A DNA stretch of 64,000 nucleotides from Curvularia clavata (taxonomy: Eukaryota), in assembly GCA_023920165.1 (NCBI GenBank), contig CP089277.1:3472001-3536000 (forward strand), given 5' to 3'. The number at the start of each line of letters is the position of its first letter. The stretch's first letter is position 1. The position numbers and the translations under genes were made by a program. The notes below the pieces were generated by a model. It had not been told where the DNA came from. It saw nothing but the letters and a program-made list of their open reading frames with translations, and ran no database searches. Of the stretch, positions 61,628-64,000 are shown piece by piece.

Positions 61628-62341
61628 TGTGAGTGGTGGTGCGGTTTGCGCGGGCGACGAGAGATGGGTGCTGTCTGGTGGTGTTTCGGCGATGGGCTTC
61701 GAGTTCAGAACAACTTGACTGGCGTAGCTCAAGCGCAGTACGTTCTAGGCAAGCGCTGCGTCGGCTGTAGAGAGGAAAGAGCGGGTACGTCGTGGGCGTC
61801 TTCAGATGTATGCGCAAGTACAGGTCGTGGTGGTGGGTATTCGGCGCTCACGAAATTTTGGCAGGGTTGGCACGGCCTTCTAGCTGGAACGCCGATCCCT
61901 GGCTTCGTGGCCGCATGCTTTGGCGTGAACATTATAGCCATCAGATCACCGCGCATACACTTATTCTGAAAAGATGAACGATGATAAATTCAACAATCTC
62001 TTCGCTTAACTAAAAGTTACAGATTTTATGCCGAAGCAGGTTTTGTGGCAAAGCGCCATGTAGAGAAACGTAAACAAGAATATGGATATCAATGCGTTCG
62101 TAAATCGTAACGACAGTGAGTAATGATTCTCTCAGCACAGAGAGTAAATAGAAATTATATAATGATACCGTGATTCTACTCTACCTGCAAAAACAAGCAG
62201 TAGCAGGCACTTTCGGATCAAGCTTTTACAGTAAAGTGATTTGGGTATTGAAATACGGCCGTGTCATGGACGAGACAAAAGAATCGAAGATGGGTACGCA
62301 ACATCATGACCAAGCCTCAAAGCCACACAAATGTAGGCGCT

Positions 62342-64000
62342 TTAGTTGAAACCGCCTGGGATGCTCTTGATGGGGGAGTCTGGAGGCGAATGGAAAGCCT
62401 CGTCTTTCTTTTCGTTTTCTGGCGATGGCTCATGCGAGTACTTTGGCTTGAGTCTGTTGCCAATCTGTTCGAGCCTGCTGTCTTCTACCGAAGACAGGGA
62501 CGAAGTTGAATCCCCACGCATGAGCGAAGGGGTCGAGTCTGGGCTATGCTTCGGGACAGTCGGAGAGGGCACAGCTGATGTGTCTTGAGTTGTGCTTAGC
62601 GATGCATCCGAGTTGATAGAGATCCTGTTGCGGAATGGGTTCCTGGCAGGAAGGGCTGGCGCAACGGGCTTAGCCACCTGAACGACGCGTGCGCGAATTG
62701 CCTGCGGGGCTGCAGCCTGGTGAATCTCGTGAACAATCGGCTCCTCTTCCTCGTCATCCTCGTCGTCCTCTTCCTCATCGTCGTCCTCATTGTCGTCATC
62801 GTCCTTGTGATGGTCAAGGCCCTCTTGCTTACGTGGTGCCGCGTTCCGGGGCGAGCCGCTCGATTTGTCATCCATAGCTACGTCAGATTTCACTTCAGTG
62901 GCTGTAGGAGTAGCCTCATCGGTCTGCTTTTCAGGGCTCTTTGATGATGGTGGGGTGGCGTGCTCGACTTTTGTCTCAGGTATCTCTGTCATGGGAGGAG
63001 TAGGCGCCCGTGCAACGCTTGTTCTTGGTGGAAGCGCCGGGGCTGGCTTCTTGACCGTCGGAGGAGGTGGAGGCAGATCATCTGTCTGCGTGCTCATATC
63101 AGCAGTTGGTGCTCGGGACTCAAACACGCTGCTTATAGTGCTCATTCGCCAGCTTGACCGCCGGCTTCCAGCAAAACTCGATCGATCTGTGCTCTTGCGA
63201 TATGTAGAGTTTCTGAAGGTGTTGTAAATGGGGCTCGTTGGGCTGGGCCTGAATTCAAACTGTTCGCTGGATGGTCGGCTATTTGTCCCTGCCTCCCTGA
63301 TTTCCAGACCGGCCTCTTGCAATGCAAGTACACCAAATGGATCGGGGTCAACAGCATCTGGGATACCAAAGGTTTTGTCCTCAGGGGCGGTAACCTCAAA
63401 GTCACCAGGCGGGGCTTCGTCTGGGATCAGGGACTCGTCTACATCCGTATCACCTTGGGCGGCTTTGAGTGTTTCCATGAGTCTACGTGTCTCGTAGGGT
63501 GGGTGCCGCACTTTTCCAGCCAATATGTCCTTGACCCCTATGCGTTCGCCGTAAAAGCGCTCGTTCTCGTCTGTGCGTTCGATAATGATAGTTCCGTCTA
63601 GTTGAAGGCCAGCGTAGAAGCCTCGTGACTTGATGTAGGTAAACAGAGGCGCCTGGCGCTTGTGGATCTCCGTGTCCAGCATGCCTCCAACGCCAGCTGG
63701 ACCAGCTACTGCGCTAATTTCTCCACCTAGGGTGCACCTAATTGACTGGAAAGCCTCGAGTGCCTTTTCCGAATTGATGACAATAACACAATCGTAGATG
63801 TCCACGCCAACCAGGAAACCTACACCGACTGTGTGCATCATGATGCCAGAGGGCGGTGACCATGTGCCGTCCTCTTTGCGTGCGACTAGTATACCGGCGC
63901 CGCCGGACCCGGAGACCCAAAGGCCTGTCCGCATGGTTGTGAATATGCAAAGGCCCTTTGCATTTTGTATGACTTTGGAGGGTATCTTCTTGAGCACCTT
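62342..64000 (-). CDS. SYLF/YAB (Ysc84/Lsb3-like) domain protein with Pro-rich acidic tail and no SH3; 5' end lies outside the window
   Basis: IP..VI..AKGL.IFT..R.G..SGSGG.G.LVAR..DG.WSPPS, LGGEISAVAGP, YIKSRGFYAG..LDG.II.ER.DENERFYG; tail has PALPPR/PALPAR and NPF motifs. Confidence 0.88.
   Translation of the reverse strand, partial: KVLKKIPSKVIQNAKGLCIFTTMRTGLWVSGSGGAGILVARKEDGTWSPPSGIMMHTVGVGFLVGVDIYDCVIVINSEKALEAFQSIRCTLGGEISAVAGPAGVGGMLDTEIHKRQAPLFTYIKSRGFYAGLQLDGTIIIERTDENERFYGERIGVKDILAGKVRHPPYETRRLMETLKAAQGDTDVDESLIPDEAPPGDFEVTAPEDKTFGIPDAVDPDPFGVLALQEAGLEIREAGTNSRPSSEQFEFRPSPTSPIYNTFRNSTYRKSTDRSSFAGSRRSSWRMSTISSVFESRAPTADMSTQTDDLPPPPPTVKKPAPALPPRTSVARAPTPPMTEIPETKVEHATPPSSKSPEKQTDEATPTATEVKSDVAMDDKSSGSPRNAAPRKQEGLDHHKDDDDNEDDDEEEDDEDDEEEEPIVHEIHQAAAPQAIRARVVQVAKPVAPALPARNPFRNRISINSDASLSTTQDTSAVPSPTVPKHSPDSTPSLMRGDSTSSLSSVEDSRLEQIGNRLKPKYSHEPSPENEKKDEAFHSPPDSPIKSIPGGFN

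Noticed and set aside
1..64000. CRISPR arrays, transposases, LTR/TIR elements, rRNA, NLR partner for the HET genes, secondary-metabolite backbone genes
   Set aside because: No regularly spaced repeats, transposase/RT motifs, NACHT/NB-ARC P-loop gene or PKS/NRPS motifs were recognised.

Overview
Eukaryotic, intron-containing DNA from a filamentous ascomycete; the protein sequences suggest Dothideomycetes/Pleosporales (inference). Manual splice-site reading (GT..AG with CTAAC/CTGAC branch points) supports 17 conventional protein genes and one intron-containing tRNA-Tyr. In order: Cps1-like GT2 polysaccharide synthase, LRA2-like lactonase, Clr5-domain protein, LRA1-like dehydrogenase, RAD50 head-to-head with white collar-2, secreted beta-lactamase-fold hydrolase, UBA4, a HET-domain protein, SLX9, a PTH11-like membrane protein, Zrt1-type zinc transporter, tRNA-Tyr, MDM12, large-subunit catalase, a homeodomain/C2H2/kinase/HET chimera, RRP7 and a truncated SYLF-domain gene. 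The most unusual items are (i) the chimera of a decayed transcription-factor module, an intact kinase and a HET domain whose WxxxE motif reads WALQD, and (ii) a hidden 48-aa Cys/His-rich microprotein with a TATA box and a ~600-nt AUG-free leader in an otherwise gene-empty 7-kb interval. I recognised no mobile element, CRISPR array or rRNA. All family assignments come from motif recognition by eye; no searches were run.
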